Virus record (IMG/VR): IMGVR_UViG_3300021399_000004
Coordinates: 96,001-160,000 of that record
Strand: one strand, 5' to 3'
Source: a virus
Length of the DNA: 64,000 bases
Each line of letters begins with the position of its first letter. Positions within the stretch are counted from its first letter, which is position 1. The notes below the pieces were generated by a model, which did no database searches, had not been told where the DNA came from, and saw only the letters and a list, made by a program, of their open reading frames with translations. Of the stretch, positions 33,109 through 43,433 are shown piece after piece. The translations under genes and the position numbers were made by a program.

Positions 33109-34662
33109 TTGAGCCATGATAAAAATTAGTTCCATTAGTTTCGAGTGGCACTAAAACCTATTATGCGCGCGCCCTTAACTACCCGAGCATATACAACTCG
33201 TAATGGCTATAGGATAACTGAGCCCGTAGCCGAAGACTTTACTATTGAACAAATTGAAGAGATAATTCGATCTGGAAATTTAGAAGCGATTCGTGAACTT
33301 TCTAGATATTATTATCGGACAAATAGCGAGTATAAGAATAATATAGATTTCCTTGCACACTTATCTCTATATGACTGGGCAATTATCCCATTGTTTTCTG
33401 AAGATGAGAAAGGTTCACGTACATAGATTCTAAAAACCTTTTATAACGCATGTAATTTCATAGAGAAATTAGATTTACCTGTTACTCTTGCGCGAATAAC
33501 TACTGAATGGTTAATATCCGGAGTATATTATGGTATTTTAAGGACAACTGGCAATAAAGTTACCATACAAGATTTACCTATTGAGTATTGCCGTAGCCGT
33601 TTTAAGGATTTCAATAATTTAAACATTCTCGAATTTAATTTACGTTATTTCGAGCAAATTCGTGATGAAGTAATGCGCGAGGAAGCTATATCAACCTTCC
33701 CGCAAATCGTTCAGAAAGCATGGAAGTTGTATATTGCACATAAGCGCAAAGAAGGTGAATGGGTCGCAATTCCTCCAACTGAAGGAGGGATAAGTTTTAG
33801 TTTTGTTAATGACCCGATTCCTGCACTTATTGCCGCGTTACCAGAACTAAAAAAGTTAGACGATGCAACTAAACGAGAAGGCAAACGTGATGAAAATGAG
33901 CTATATAAATTATTAATTTAGCGCATGCCTATTGATAGCAATGGAGAGTTAGTATTTTAGCTAGATGAGGTCGCTGAAATCCATTCTTCAGTTGCTGAAA
34001 TGTTGGCAGATACTGACACTGTTGATGTTTTGACCACTTTTGGTGAGACAAGTCTAGAAAGTTTACAAGATTCTTCTGCCGCAACGTAGTCTAATGATCG
34101 TATGGCAAAATATAAAACTAATGCTTATGGTGCATTAGGGCGTGGAGAAATTTTATTTAATGCAACTAATAGCACTTCTTTAGGATTATAGATTAAAAAA
34201 GATGAAGCACTAATACGAGCATATTTAGACGTGTACGAAGCCTTTATTAGATTTTACCTTAATGACAATTTTATTAGAAAAGGAGTTACCTTTTCTTTCT
34301 AGATTTTGCCAACCACTGTATTTAACCGTAATGAAATACAGACTAGCTATTTCCGTGGAGCACAGTATGGTTATTCTAAAATGCTTGCTGGTGTTTCCAT
34401 GGGAGTATCTTAGATGGAGCAATTAAGTTTGATGCACCTAGAGAATGAATTTTTGGAAATGTCTGCAAAGATGGTTCCTCTTCAATCTTCATATACTACT
34501 TCTGGCACGGCAGTATCTGAAGAAGAAAAAACTCAATCTTCGGTGAAAAAAACATCAACTACATAGACAATAAATGACATAACTAATACAGGGGGACGTC
34601 CTGAGCTTCCTGACGATCAAAAATCGGAAAAAACTCAGGCTAATATTGAAGCTATTTAGTAA
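33109..34662 (+). CDS. portal protein (about 517 aa), about 11 in-frame TAG
   Basis: It lies immediately after terL. One hand-checked frame joins 33145..33426 and 33673..33921. TTG 33109 lies 9 nt after GAGGGGG; GTG 33145 is an alternative start. It ends in the tandem TAG-TAA at 34657-34662. Confidence 0.65.
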
Positions 34663-34676
34663 GGGGGTGAAGAAAA

Positions 34677-35894
34677 ATGGAAAAGAAAATTCCGGTATAT
34701 TTTGATGGAGCTATTCTTTCTTCTCCTCTTGAATAGATTACCCCAAATATTGGGCGGGCAAAAGTTAGAGTATTTACAAAATATGGAAATCGCAATGGTT
34801 CTTATATAACCGACGCAGTAGCTGAATAGCTTATAAAAAGTGCAATTAACGCGCCAGTCATCGGGTTCTTTGATCCTAGCACTCAGTAGTGGGCATCACA
34901 TACGGGCCCAACATTAGCGAGTGCCTATGGCTTTATTGAGTCATTTGTGGGTTGGGAGCCATATGAGGACACAGATGGCGTAAGCCGTGACTATGCAGTT
35001 TTCACTACTGTATTATTTACTAAATATTTTGATGAAGCTAATAAAATTATTGGTCAAAATCAAAGTATGGAGTTAGATATCAACACCATTACTGGTGATT
35101 GGGCAGATATTGATGGCCAAGAATATTTTGTATATACTACGGCAGAGATTCTAGGATGCTGTGTTATTGGTAATCACGAACCGTGTTTCTCTGTTTCGAC
35201 TTTCTTTGCCCTGAACGATCAAGAATATAAAACATAGTATGATAAATTTTCTGCCTTATGTGCTTCTATGGCAGAAGAGTTGAAAAATAACATGCTAAAA
35301 GGAGGGGAAGCGACAATGGACGAGCTTGAAAAGACCACTCCCGTAGAAGAGCAAAATGACGTGGAGCCTAGCGTGGAATATGAGGCTCCTGTTGATACAG
35401 ATAAAGTTGATGATGAGCCTTCTGTGGAAGAGGAAAAAGATGAAGTAAATAATTTTGAGGTCGCTCTGAATGAATTGCAGGCTAAGTTTGATGAACTTAC
35501 TGCTAATTATCAAACTCTAGAAAATAATTATAATGAAGCGATTAATCGTATTAATGAGTTAGAAACAAATAATGCTAATGAAGTAAATACGCTTAATCAG
35601 ACAATTTCTGATCTCCGTGCGGCAGTAGCTACTTATGAGCAGAAGCAAAATGAGCTAGACGCGAGCCGCAAGGAAATGCTAATAGAAAAATATGAAAAAA
35701 TAATTAACGACGCAGAAGAAATTAATAATATTAAAGCGTCTTCTAGTGACTTTTCATATGAAGAATTGGAGAGCAAATTGGCGATAGCTTTTGCAAATCA
35801 AGCTATTAATGAAACCAATGAACAAAAGATCCCGCTACCTGATCCTCAGGTATCTCAATTTGCTTTATTCATGAAAAAATATAAGAAGAATTAA
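34677..35894 (+). CDS. scaffolding protein, possibly fused to a prohead protease domain (405 aa), 4 in-frame TAG
   Basis: One frame joins 34947..35237 and 35268..35894. The C-terminal half is acidic and coiled-coil-like (NELQAKFDELTANYQTLENNYNEAINRINELE). It lies between the portal and capsid genes. Confidence 0.55.
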
Positions 35895-35907
35895 GGAGGA
35901 AACTATT

Positions 35908-36522
35908 ATGGGTATGAACAGGTTTCCATTGACCACTAGCGACAGTTATTCTAGTGTATATCGTCATGGAGAAAAGTTATATGCTACTTTAGAGCTAAAT
36001 CAGGTAGCTTTCCCTAAGACCGGCATGGTTGTTTCTCAGGTCCCTCTAGGCAGTGCCTTTACTGAGGCTGCTCCTTGTGAGAACGGAATGTGGGTCGTGG
36101 CTGATAAGGCCAAGGGCGTAATTGAGGCTCCCGCTGCTGTCGGCGATAAGCCTATTGGTATTGTTTACACTACTGAGAAGGAATATGATAATTATCATTA
36201 TGGCCTTCAGACCTTTGGTCGCAAGATTGCTGGCGACTACCCTCGTGTTGGTTTGCTTGGCGTAGGCGATACTGTAACCACAAATTGCTTACAGTATAAC
36301 ACCGATAATTTCGCTAACGACGCTGCTTTAGATACTTATCTAAAGGGTGATCTAACTGCTGCTGCCACTGCTGCTTATGTAGTAATAAAGGCTGGTTCTG
36401 CAATTCCTGAAATTGTTAAGGCTCTACCGCAGAATTATGCTGGCGCTTATGGCAGAGTTGTAAAATATTACACCGTGCCGAACGGTGCTCCTGGTGTAAA
36501 ATACCAGATGATAAGAGTATAA
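35908..36522 (+). CDS. head protein of unknown role (204 aa), no TAG
   Basis: ORF track, with GGAGG upstream. It lies between the scaffold and capsid genes. Confidence 0.55.
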   Translation: MGMNRFPLTTSDSYSSVYRHGEKLYATLELNQVAFPKTGMVVSQVPLGSAFTEAAPCENGMWVVADKAKGVIEAPAAVGDKPIGIVYTTEKEYDNYHYGLQTFGRKIAGDYPRVGLLGVGDTVTTNCLQYNTDNFANDAALDTYLKGDLTAAATAAYVVIKAGSAIPEIVKALPQNYAGAYGRVVKYYTVPNGAPGVKYQMIRV

Positions 36523-36537
36523 TAGGAGGTGCGAACT

Positions 36538-37605
36538 ATGGATAATTTAAGTATTTTAATGAATGGTGTATTCGGCCGCAAGGTTCCCGCAGAGTTCGCT
36601 GCCGCCGATTATGATTATGAAGCTGCTCTACATGATGAGCTAGTAAAGCTTCTATGCGATGATAAGGGCAAGTTTAATCGTTATAAGTTTGAGAAGAACA
36701 AGTATGACTTGTTTGCCCTATTGACTGAGAATCTAGATGAGGTTCTCCCTCAGAGTCTAAGCTCTGCCTTAGATATGTTTACTGAGGTTATTCGTTTCCC
36801 TCAGGGTTCTCGTCCTGAGTTTGTTGTAAAGCGTGGTAAGCAACGCGGCAAGCAGTTTGTAACTCGTGCTACCGAGTCTGGTAACTATGAGACCTTCAGA
36901 CTAGACCGCGATCGCTTTGATGTATATATTCAGGCTATTGGCGGCGCTGGCTATGTAGACTTTGAGCGCTATCTAGATGGTCTAGAGAGTCTAACTGACA
37001 TTTATGAAGTTATTACCGAGGGCATGGTTGACCGTATTTTCGAGATGGTTATGGAAGCTCTAATGAGCACTTGGAAGCTAGTTCCTACTGCTAACAAGAT
37101 TGCCAGCAACCAGTTCGACCCAACCGCCATGGTAAAGCTTTGCAATGTTGTGGCTGCTTATGGTGTGCCTACTATCTATTGCTCTCCTCAGTTCGCTGCT
37201 GAGATGACCAATGCGATTGTATATAACAATACCACCAAGATTTCTGATCAGGATATGGTGGATGTGCGCGAGCGCGGCTACATTGGTAAGTTCCATGGCG
37301 TGAATGTAGTATTGCTACCTCAGTCCTTTAAGGATGAGACCAATTCTGAGCTAGTGATGAACCCCGCTTTGGCTTTCGTTATCCCAAGCGGCCGCGAGAA
37401 GCTAGTTCGTCTTGCTTTCGAGGGCAATTCTTATTTCCGTGAGTGGGATGACCATGAGGGTGATAACTCTATTACTCTACAAGCTTACACTAAGGTTGGT
37501 GTTGGTATTGTTGGCACTCCTAATTATTGGGGTCTATATTACAATAAGGCTCTAAATAATGCTGATACAGCATGGGGCACTTATAATACTACCAATTTAA
37601 TTTAA
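36538..37605 (+). CDS. major capsid protein (355 aa), no TAG
   Basis: ORF track 36529..37605. ATG 36538 follows AGGAGG. The call rests on size and position, and a very strong terminator follows. Confidence 0.6.
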   Translation: MDNLSILMNGVFGRKVPAEFAAADYDYEAALHDELVKLLCDDKGKFNRYKFEKNKYDLFALLTENLDEVLPQSLSSALDMFTEVIRFPQGSRPEFVVKRGKQRGKQFVTRATESGNYETFRLDRDRFDVYIQAIGGAGYVDFERYLDGLESLTDIYEVITEGMVDRIFEMVMEALMSTWKLVPTANKIASNQFDPTAMVKLCNVVAAYGVPTIYCSPQFAAEMTNAIVYNNTTKISDQDMVDVRERGYIGKFHGVNVVLLPQSFKDETNSELVMNPALAFVIPSGREKLVRLAFEGNSYFREWDDHEGDNSITLQAYTKVGVGIVGTPNYWGLYYNKALNNADTAWGTYNTTNLI

Positions 37606-37613
37606 TATAATAA

Positions 37614-37646
37614 GGGGATGGATGGCATCCATCCATCCCCAATTTT
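37614..37646 (+). terminator. rho-independent terminator after the capsid gene
   Basis: A 12-bp stem, GGGGATGGATGG-cat-CCATCCATCCCC, followed by AATTTT. Confidence 0.8.
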
Positions 37647-37669
37647 GAGGTAAAAGGAGGATTATTATT

Positions 37670-38107
37670 ATGAAAGACATTAGCATTAAGAATGTTAGTA
37701 CAGCAACAGTTGTAATAACATTGCCTGATTTGCACTTCCGCCGCGAATTAACTCCTGGCAGAAGCGCTACGATACCTGAAGAGATTTATAATGAACTACG
37801 ATTTGATCCTGGCACCGCAGGACTATTAGATGATCATTATTTAGTTATTAGCGGCATTGACGATGAAGGTGTAAAGATTACAACAGATGCAGTTGATAGC
37901 ACCGAAATTAGTCGCATGTTTGATGAGCAAGATATAACTGCTTTTGCTAAATTTATTCCTAACGCCGCTCAGGCTGAACGTGATACTGTAATTCGTCTTG
38001 CTATTGATAAGGGCGTAACTGCTCCTGCATTTGTAAGCCTTATTAAAAAGTATTGCGGTACAGATATTATTCAGGCAATTAATTTTAAGCATCTTGCTGA
38101 GGAGTAA
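37670..38107 (+). CDS. hypothetical head/neck protein (145 aa), no TAG
   Basis: ORF track, with AAGGAGG upstream. Confidence 0.55.
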   Translation: MKDISIKNVSTATVVITLPDLHFRRELTPGRSATIPEEIYNELRFDPGTAGLLDDHYLVISGIDDEGVKITTDAVDSTEISRMFDEQDITAFAKFIPNAAQAERDTVIRLAIDKGVTAPAFVSLIKKYCGTDIIQAINFKHLAEE

Positions 38108-38109
38108 TA

Positions 38110-38610
38110 ATGGCTACTTCTTTTTTGAAAGTGTATGATGCCTTTTTGGCTCGTATTACTGCTGATGAATGGACATTGGAAGAAGAGTTAGCCATTGTTG
38201 AGCGGGATTGGCAAGAGCTTTTGAAAATGGCCATCTTCAGATTTAAATATCCAAGGGTTGGGCTTGAAGTAGAAGAAGTAACAGTTGATGATAATAATCC
38301 GCCAACCTTGGCTTCTGAGACAATTAGTGCCTATGAATTTGTAAATGATTTAACAAATGATGAAATTTAGCTCTTAGCTTTATATATGAAACATGAATGG
38401 GTAAAACGTTGTATTGCTAGTTGGGAAAATATTAGATAGCTTTATGCTGATAAAGATTTTAGCCAGGCAAATCATTTAGCAAAGCTAAACGATTTGCAAG
38501 AGGCTGTCGCTTTAGAAGTGCATAAGGCAGAAGGAATATATGATCGTTCACGAGAAAAGCGTCCAGCAAATTTGTTTAAAAAGTTGGCAGGTAAGAAGAA
38601 TGTCGTATGA
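38110..38610 (+). CDS. head-tail connector-like protein (166 aa), 2 in-frame TAG
   Basis: The frame of 38110..38370 continues through TAG to TGA 38608-38610. The role is assigned by position only. Confidence 0.5.
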
Positions 38611-38875
38611 TGTCACTTTTGATGGATATAAGAATAAATTAAAAGGACGTTTATATGGATTACTCTGTGAAAAAGAAAAAGACGGAGAATGGGAAAAATT
38701 CTTAGATGCAATTATTATTGAAATAATGGGCATGAAAGGTGACTCTATTAATTGGTGGCCTTTAATAGGAAAATTACATTCTCTACGTTTCTTATCATAT
38801 GAGTATTTTAGAAAGACAATTTTTGAATGTATGAATTTAATTGGTGGACTAGAGGTGCCAAATGAGTTATCTTAA
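38600..38875 (+). CDS. hypothetical protein (91 aa)
   Basis: In-frame ATG within ORF 38540..38875, overlapping the previous stop. Confidence 0.45.
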   Translation: MSYDVTFDGYKNKLKGRLYGLLCEKEKDGEWEKFLDAIIIEIMGMKGDSINWWPLIGKLHSLRFLSYEYFRKTIFECMNLIGGLEVPNELS

Positions 38876-38894
38876 TAATGTATATTATTAGAGA

Positions 38895-40124
38895 TTGAAT
38901 CATATGGGTGAAACAACTGGCGAGCGCATCCGTAGCGGAGGAATTAGATCTTTTGAAAAATGGATGGCTGAATCGCCTCATACTGTTCAAAATTTATCTG
39001 TTGAACGAGGCATATATTTTCCTGGACTAATCCTAACTAGTAAAGATAAAGAATACGAAAAAATCATGTTTTTAAATGTAAGCAATAATATCCCAATAAA
39101 AGTAGGAGATATTATGACTTGGCCATTAGAAGATGGTACAAATGAAAAATGGTTATTAATTCAAGAAGAAAAAAAGGTAAATGGGACTTACAGAACATTT
39201 TGGATAATTCGTTGTAATTATTTTATTAAATGGATTGATGGACTAGGGCATATATAGAAATCATGGGCATATGCAGTAAGTTCAGTGGATTCTAAGGTAA
39301 AAGGTAATTTTAGAACGTGGAATAATTTAATAACTCCACAACCAAATAAATATATGGAGATTATTTTACCACGATATAATATTAATAGATCTACAAACTT
39401 CCTTATAGAAGATGAATCTTGGCTATTAGTAGAGTACGATTATACCAGCGTTCCTGGAGTAATATATTTATCATTAACTGAAAATAAAGTTAATACTGAA
39501 TATGATAAACCAGATATAGATTTGGCTGACACAGATAAATTAGCTGTTTATAAATTAGCCGTGCCTGCCGAGCATGAAACATTTAAGGTAAATGAACCAA
39601 TCATTCCTACTTGTACATTGCTCAAATCTGGGCAATTAATAAATCTAGAATTGACTTATACCTCTACTGATACTAAAAAGGCAAAAGTGATTGATGGCGT
39701 TTTAACAGCTATCGCGCCAGGAGAAGTTACTTTAATAGTATCTACAAAAGAATTTCCTCACATTCAGCAAGAATGTGTTATTGAAATAATTAATAATGAT
39801 GAATTTGTAGAATCTGCTTATATTGAAGGCCCAGACTGGATTCGTCTTGGAAGGGTCGCAGAATATAAATTAATAATTACACCTGAACCAAATGAACCTA
39901 CAATTGTTTTCTCTATAGATCCATTGGTTGAATAGAAATAGAATTATGATGGAGAAAAGGTGCATTATTTCTCAATCAATAATTTAATTAGTGGCGAATA
40001 GACTAAGAATAATTTATATGTAGTAACAGCAAACGAAACAAATACATTAGGAAGTTGTAAACTTTTAGCAACATATAACGGACATACTTATGAAAAAGAA
40101 ATAACAATTAAACCATTATGGTGA
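38895..40124 (+). CDS. structural protein with an Ig-like (Big_2-type) segment, 4 in-frame TAG
   Basis: One frame joins 38895..39257 and 39285..39935 and continues to TGA 40122-40124. KAKVIDGVLTAIAPGEVTLIVS resembles a bacterial Ig-like domain. ATG 38904 is a possible start. Confidence 0.5.
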
Positions 40125-40135
40125 GGTGATTTTAA

Positions 40136-40645
40136 ATGGGAACGAATAAAGAGCCAACTTAGCGGCATTTCTCGGTTATGGGAGAAAATACATTTAAAAT
40201 TGCCAATAAAATTCTAGAAGATCAAACTATTTGTAGATTATTAAAATATCAAGTAAGAGATCCTCTGGATAAAAATAAGTATGCTGAGGTTGATGGAACT
40301 GATTTAATTAATAAACAAATTTTAATCGTGCCTAAAATATATGATGACAGTATTGAAAAGATGTCATATTTAGTTATTATTTTTAACGATTATGTTGTAA
40401 ATTAGTTAAACCCAGAGTTTAAAACTTCTACTATTAGATTCGATATTGCTTGTCCGTATGATGAATGGTTACTGGATGCATAGACTTTACGCCCGTATTT
40501 AATAATGCAACGAATTGATGATTTATTCAATGAAAGTAAGTTGGCTGGAATTGGAACTTTACAATTTTGGCGGGCTGACCCATTGGTTCTATCTCCGCAA
40601 ATTGGCGGTTACTCTATGAGGTATAGAATAGATGAATTTAACTGA
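40136..40645 (+). CDS. hypothetical tail-module protein (169 aa), 3 in-frame TAG
   Basis: The frame from ATG 40136 joins 40178..40405 and ends at TGA 40643-40645. Confidence 0.5.
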
Positions 40646-41405
40646 TGACGATACCTTACGATTTTAGTTTGGTATACCAGTCTTTCTTGAAGATGTATGT
40701 GCTATTTACCCGGCAACATTAAGAGAGATCGCAGAAGTTGGTTATAGCAATTTCCAAAAGTATCTTGGATTATTAACTATGGAAAAACCTGCTAAATTTG
40801 ATAACATGGATAAAGAACTCGGACAAATGTTTCGTGATATGACAGATTTTTAGTATTTTTTAAGTTTAACACTCTTAGATCCTACTTTAATCTCTACTAT
40901 TTAGCAAGCTTTTAAATTTTTTATCCATGAAGATATAATTTTTTTAATGGAGCCGCCGCAAATTATGGTTGGCCCCAAAGAAGAAAAACACATAATTGAT
41001 GAACATAATTTCTATGATTTTTAGAGAATTTTAAAGCGGATGTATTTCATAGAGCAAGATGGCGAAGAAATTATTATTGAGGAGAGCGATGATCCAAAAG
41101 TGCGGCAATTAAAAATGAAAATGAAGGAGAATCGTGAAAAAGTTAGGCGCGCCAAAGCTAATAAAGCAGCTCGTGAAAAAAGTGATTTAAAATTTTCTGA
41201 TTTGATTGGAAGTGTGACTTTAAACAACTGTAATCTAAATATGAAAAATATTTAGGATATTACTTATTATGCTTTTCATGATTAGCTTAAGCGCATGGGT
41301 TGGCGTGATGCATTTAATATTAATCATTAGGCTGCTTTAGCCGGGGCTAAGATGAAAAAAGATGAATTAAAACATTGGATACGAACTATATCTAATGATA
41401 AATAA
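40632..41405 (+). CDS. hypothetical tail-module protein (257 aa), 7 in-frame TAG
   Basis: ATG 40632 overlaps the previous gene. The hand-checked frame joins 41040..41255 and ends at TAA 41403-41405. Confidence 0.5.
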
Positions 41406-41421
41406 AAAGGGGGTAACTCTT

Positions 41422-42405
41422 ATGGCTGTAAATATTTTTGATAAATATGGTATAAAAGAGGTTGCCAATGTATATTTTGAGGCTCTAGACGATGATGAAG
41501 CCGCTGGTGTATACAAGGGCGATATCGTACTATTCTTGGATACTCTAAAAGTTTCTACCATAGAGACTACTGCTGAAAATACCGCGGCACAAGGTGGCTG
41601 GGGCAATCCTAAATTAATTCAGTGGGACTATGGCAAGGAAATCAATATTACTCTAGAGGACGCTTTAATGTCTCTAGAATCTTTACGTTTCATGCTTGGT
41701 GGCGCCATTAAGCGCCCTGGCGCTGACAGCAATAAAATTTATGTACGGCATACTGAGGAAGTCGTATGTGGCTCTAATGGTGAAGTACGTCTCCCTGAAG
41801 ACCACTTAACGGGTCAAATTCTTCATCCAGTAGCAACTTATGAACATCCTATTCGTCTTATTAACCTAACTACTGGTGCTCGTACTCAATTAGTAGCGGA
41901 GTCTAAGGGAGCGACTATTGCTTTAACTGGAGAAAAACCAATTACATTTAAAAATCCTTCTATGATTAGTGGTAAAGACCATGAGCAAGTTACCGCTGCT
42001 AATGACCACATTCGTATTTTCTGGGAGGAAGAGATTTCTACGGAAGCAGGGAAAGAACTTGGAAGCAACAGCGGAGTTGTAGAAAATGCAGTCGAAGTTA
42101 CTATTTCTCCTAGTACTTTCCCAGGCACTTATCGTGTAATTGGTGATACATTCATACGTTCTGAAAAGACTGGTAAGAATGAAGCATTCCAGTTTATTAT
42201 TAATAAAGCTAAGGTAGCTTCTGAGGTTACTCTAACTCTAGAAGCTGAAGGCGATCCTACCACTTTTGAGATGACTCTAAATGTATTACGCTCTACTAAT
42301 GATGCTGGTAAGGACGAGATGATGAAGCTTGTTCGTTATACTATTACAAAGGCGAGCAGCGGAATCGCTGATAATGACTATGGTTCCATACCTGGTGGAT
42401 CTTAA
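41422..42405 (+). CDS. putative major tail (tube) protein (327 aa), no TAG
   Basis: ORF track 41395..42405. ATG 41422 follows AAAGGGGG. It is followed by a terminator and is a paralogue of the next gene (GGWGNPKLIQWDYGKEINITLEDA vs GGWANMPHVIWDSRSEVTFTLSEG). Confidence 0.5.
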   Translation: MAVNIFDKYGIKEVANVYFEALDDDEAAGVYKGDIVLFLDTLKVSTIETTAENTAAQGGWGNPKLIQWDYGKEINITLEDALMSLESLRFMLGGAIKRPGADSNKIYVRHTEEVVCGSNGEVRLPEDHLTGQILHPVATYEHPIRLINLTTGARTQLVAESKGATIALTGEKPITFKNPSMISGKDHEQVTAANDHIRIFWEEEISTEAGKELGSNSGVVENAVEVTISPSTFPGTYRVIGDTFIRSEKTGKNEAFQFIINKAKVASEVTLTLEAEGDPTTFEMTLNVLRSTNDAGKDEMMKLVRYTITKASSGIADNDYGSIPGGS

Positions 42406-42420
42406 TTTAATAATTTTAAT

Positions 42421-42452
42421 GAGGGCATATGAAAATATGCCCTCTTTTTTTT
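42421..42452 (+). terminator. rho-independent terminator
   Basis: GAGGGCATAT-gaaa-ATATGCCCTC followed by T8. Confidence 0.85.
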
Positions 42453-42464
42453 ATAGGTGATTTT

Positions 42465-43376
42465 ATGATTGATCAATATTTTGGTATAAAAGAATTATCA
42501 GAAGTTACCTTACGTGCACAAAGTCAAATGCAATTTGGCTAGCGTGTATTGGAGATTGGTGAGCCAGTTTTATATTTTGAAAATGTAAGTATGGCAGTTT
42601 TAAATGAAGGAAACCGTCCGATAATGGCTCGTGGTGGCTGGGCAAATATGCCACATGTAATTTGGGATAGTAGATCAGAAGTAACCTTCACTCTTTCTGA
42701 AGGCGTCATGTCTTCAGTTGGTATGGGTATATTACTTGGTACTAATATATTAACTGAGAAAGAGGAAGAAGAAGTTTTAATTAACAAGAGAATTGGGCCG
42801 CAAGAAGCAGAAGAATGCCCATGGAATAACCTTTAGTTAAATAATAATGAACCTTATCCAGTTGGTTTTATTATCCCAGAAATTCCAATTCCATATCCAA
42901 AGAAAAAAACATTCATATTTGAATATACAAGAGATACAATTTAGAAAAAGGTATACGGTAAAATTTTTACACGTAATACTGATTTTGGACCACAATATTT
43001 TCTTGGTATTTATGAAGATAAAAACTGTAGTGTTCCGGTGAAAGAAGGCACAACTTATTTGGTAGACTACTACTATAAATATGAGGACAAAGCGCTAACT
43101 TATAGTTTACAGAAAGAGCGCTTTAATGGATTATTTTCTTTAGAAGGAAAATTCTATTCTAAAGATGAGAATGAGGGTAAAAATTATACAAATATAATTT
43201 ATATGCCTCGTGTACGAGTTGTAAGTGATATAAATTTACACTTGGGAGAAAGGGCGAATCCTACAGTTGGAGTATTTAATATTATTGGTCTACCTGAAAC
43301 TACTGCAACTGGAAAAAATGGATTAATTGTAGATATAAGACGTTTGAACACAGACGTTGATGAAGAAATAATTTAA
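42465..43376 (+). CDS. tail tube paralogue (303 aa), 3 in-frame TAG
   Basis: One hand-checked frame joins 42549..42836 and 43038..43376. Confidence 0.5.
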
Positions 43377-43410
43377 GGCCGCTCCTAATTGGAGCGGCCT
43401 ATTTTTGTTT
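43376..43410 (+). terminator. rho-independent terminator
   Basis: AGGCCGCTCC-taatt-GGAGCGGCCT followed by ATTTTTGTTT. Confidence 0.8.
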
Positions 43411-43433
43411 ATGCGGAAAAGGAGATGAGGGGT

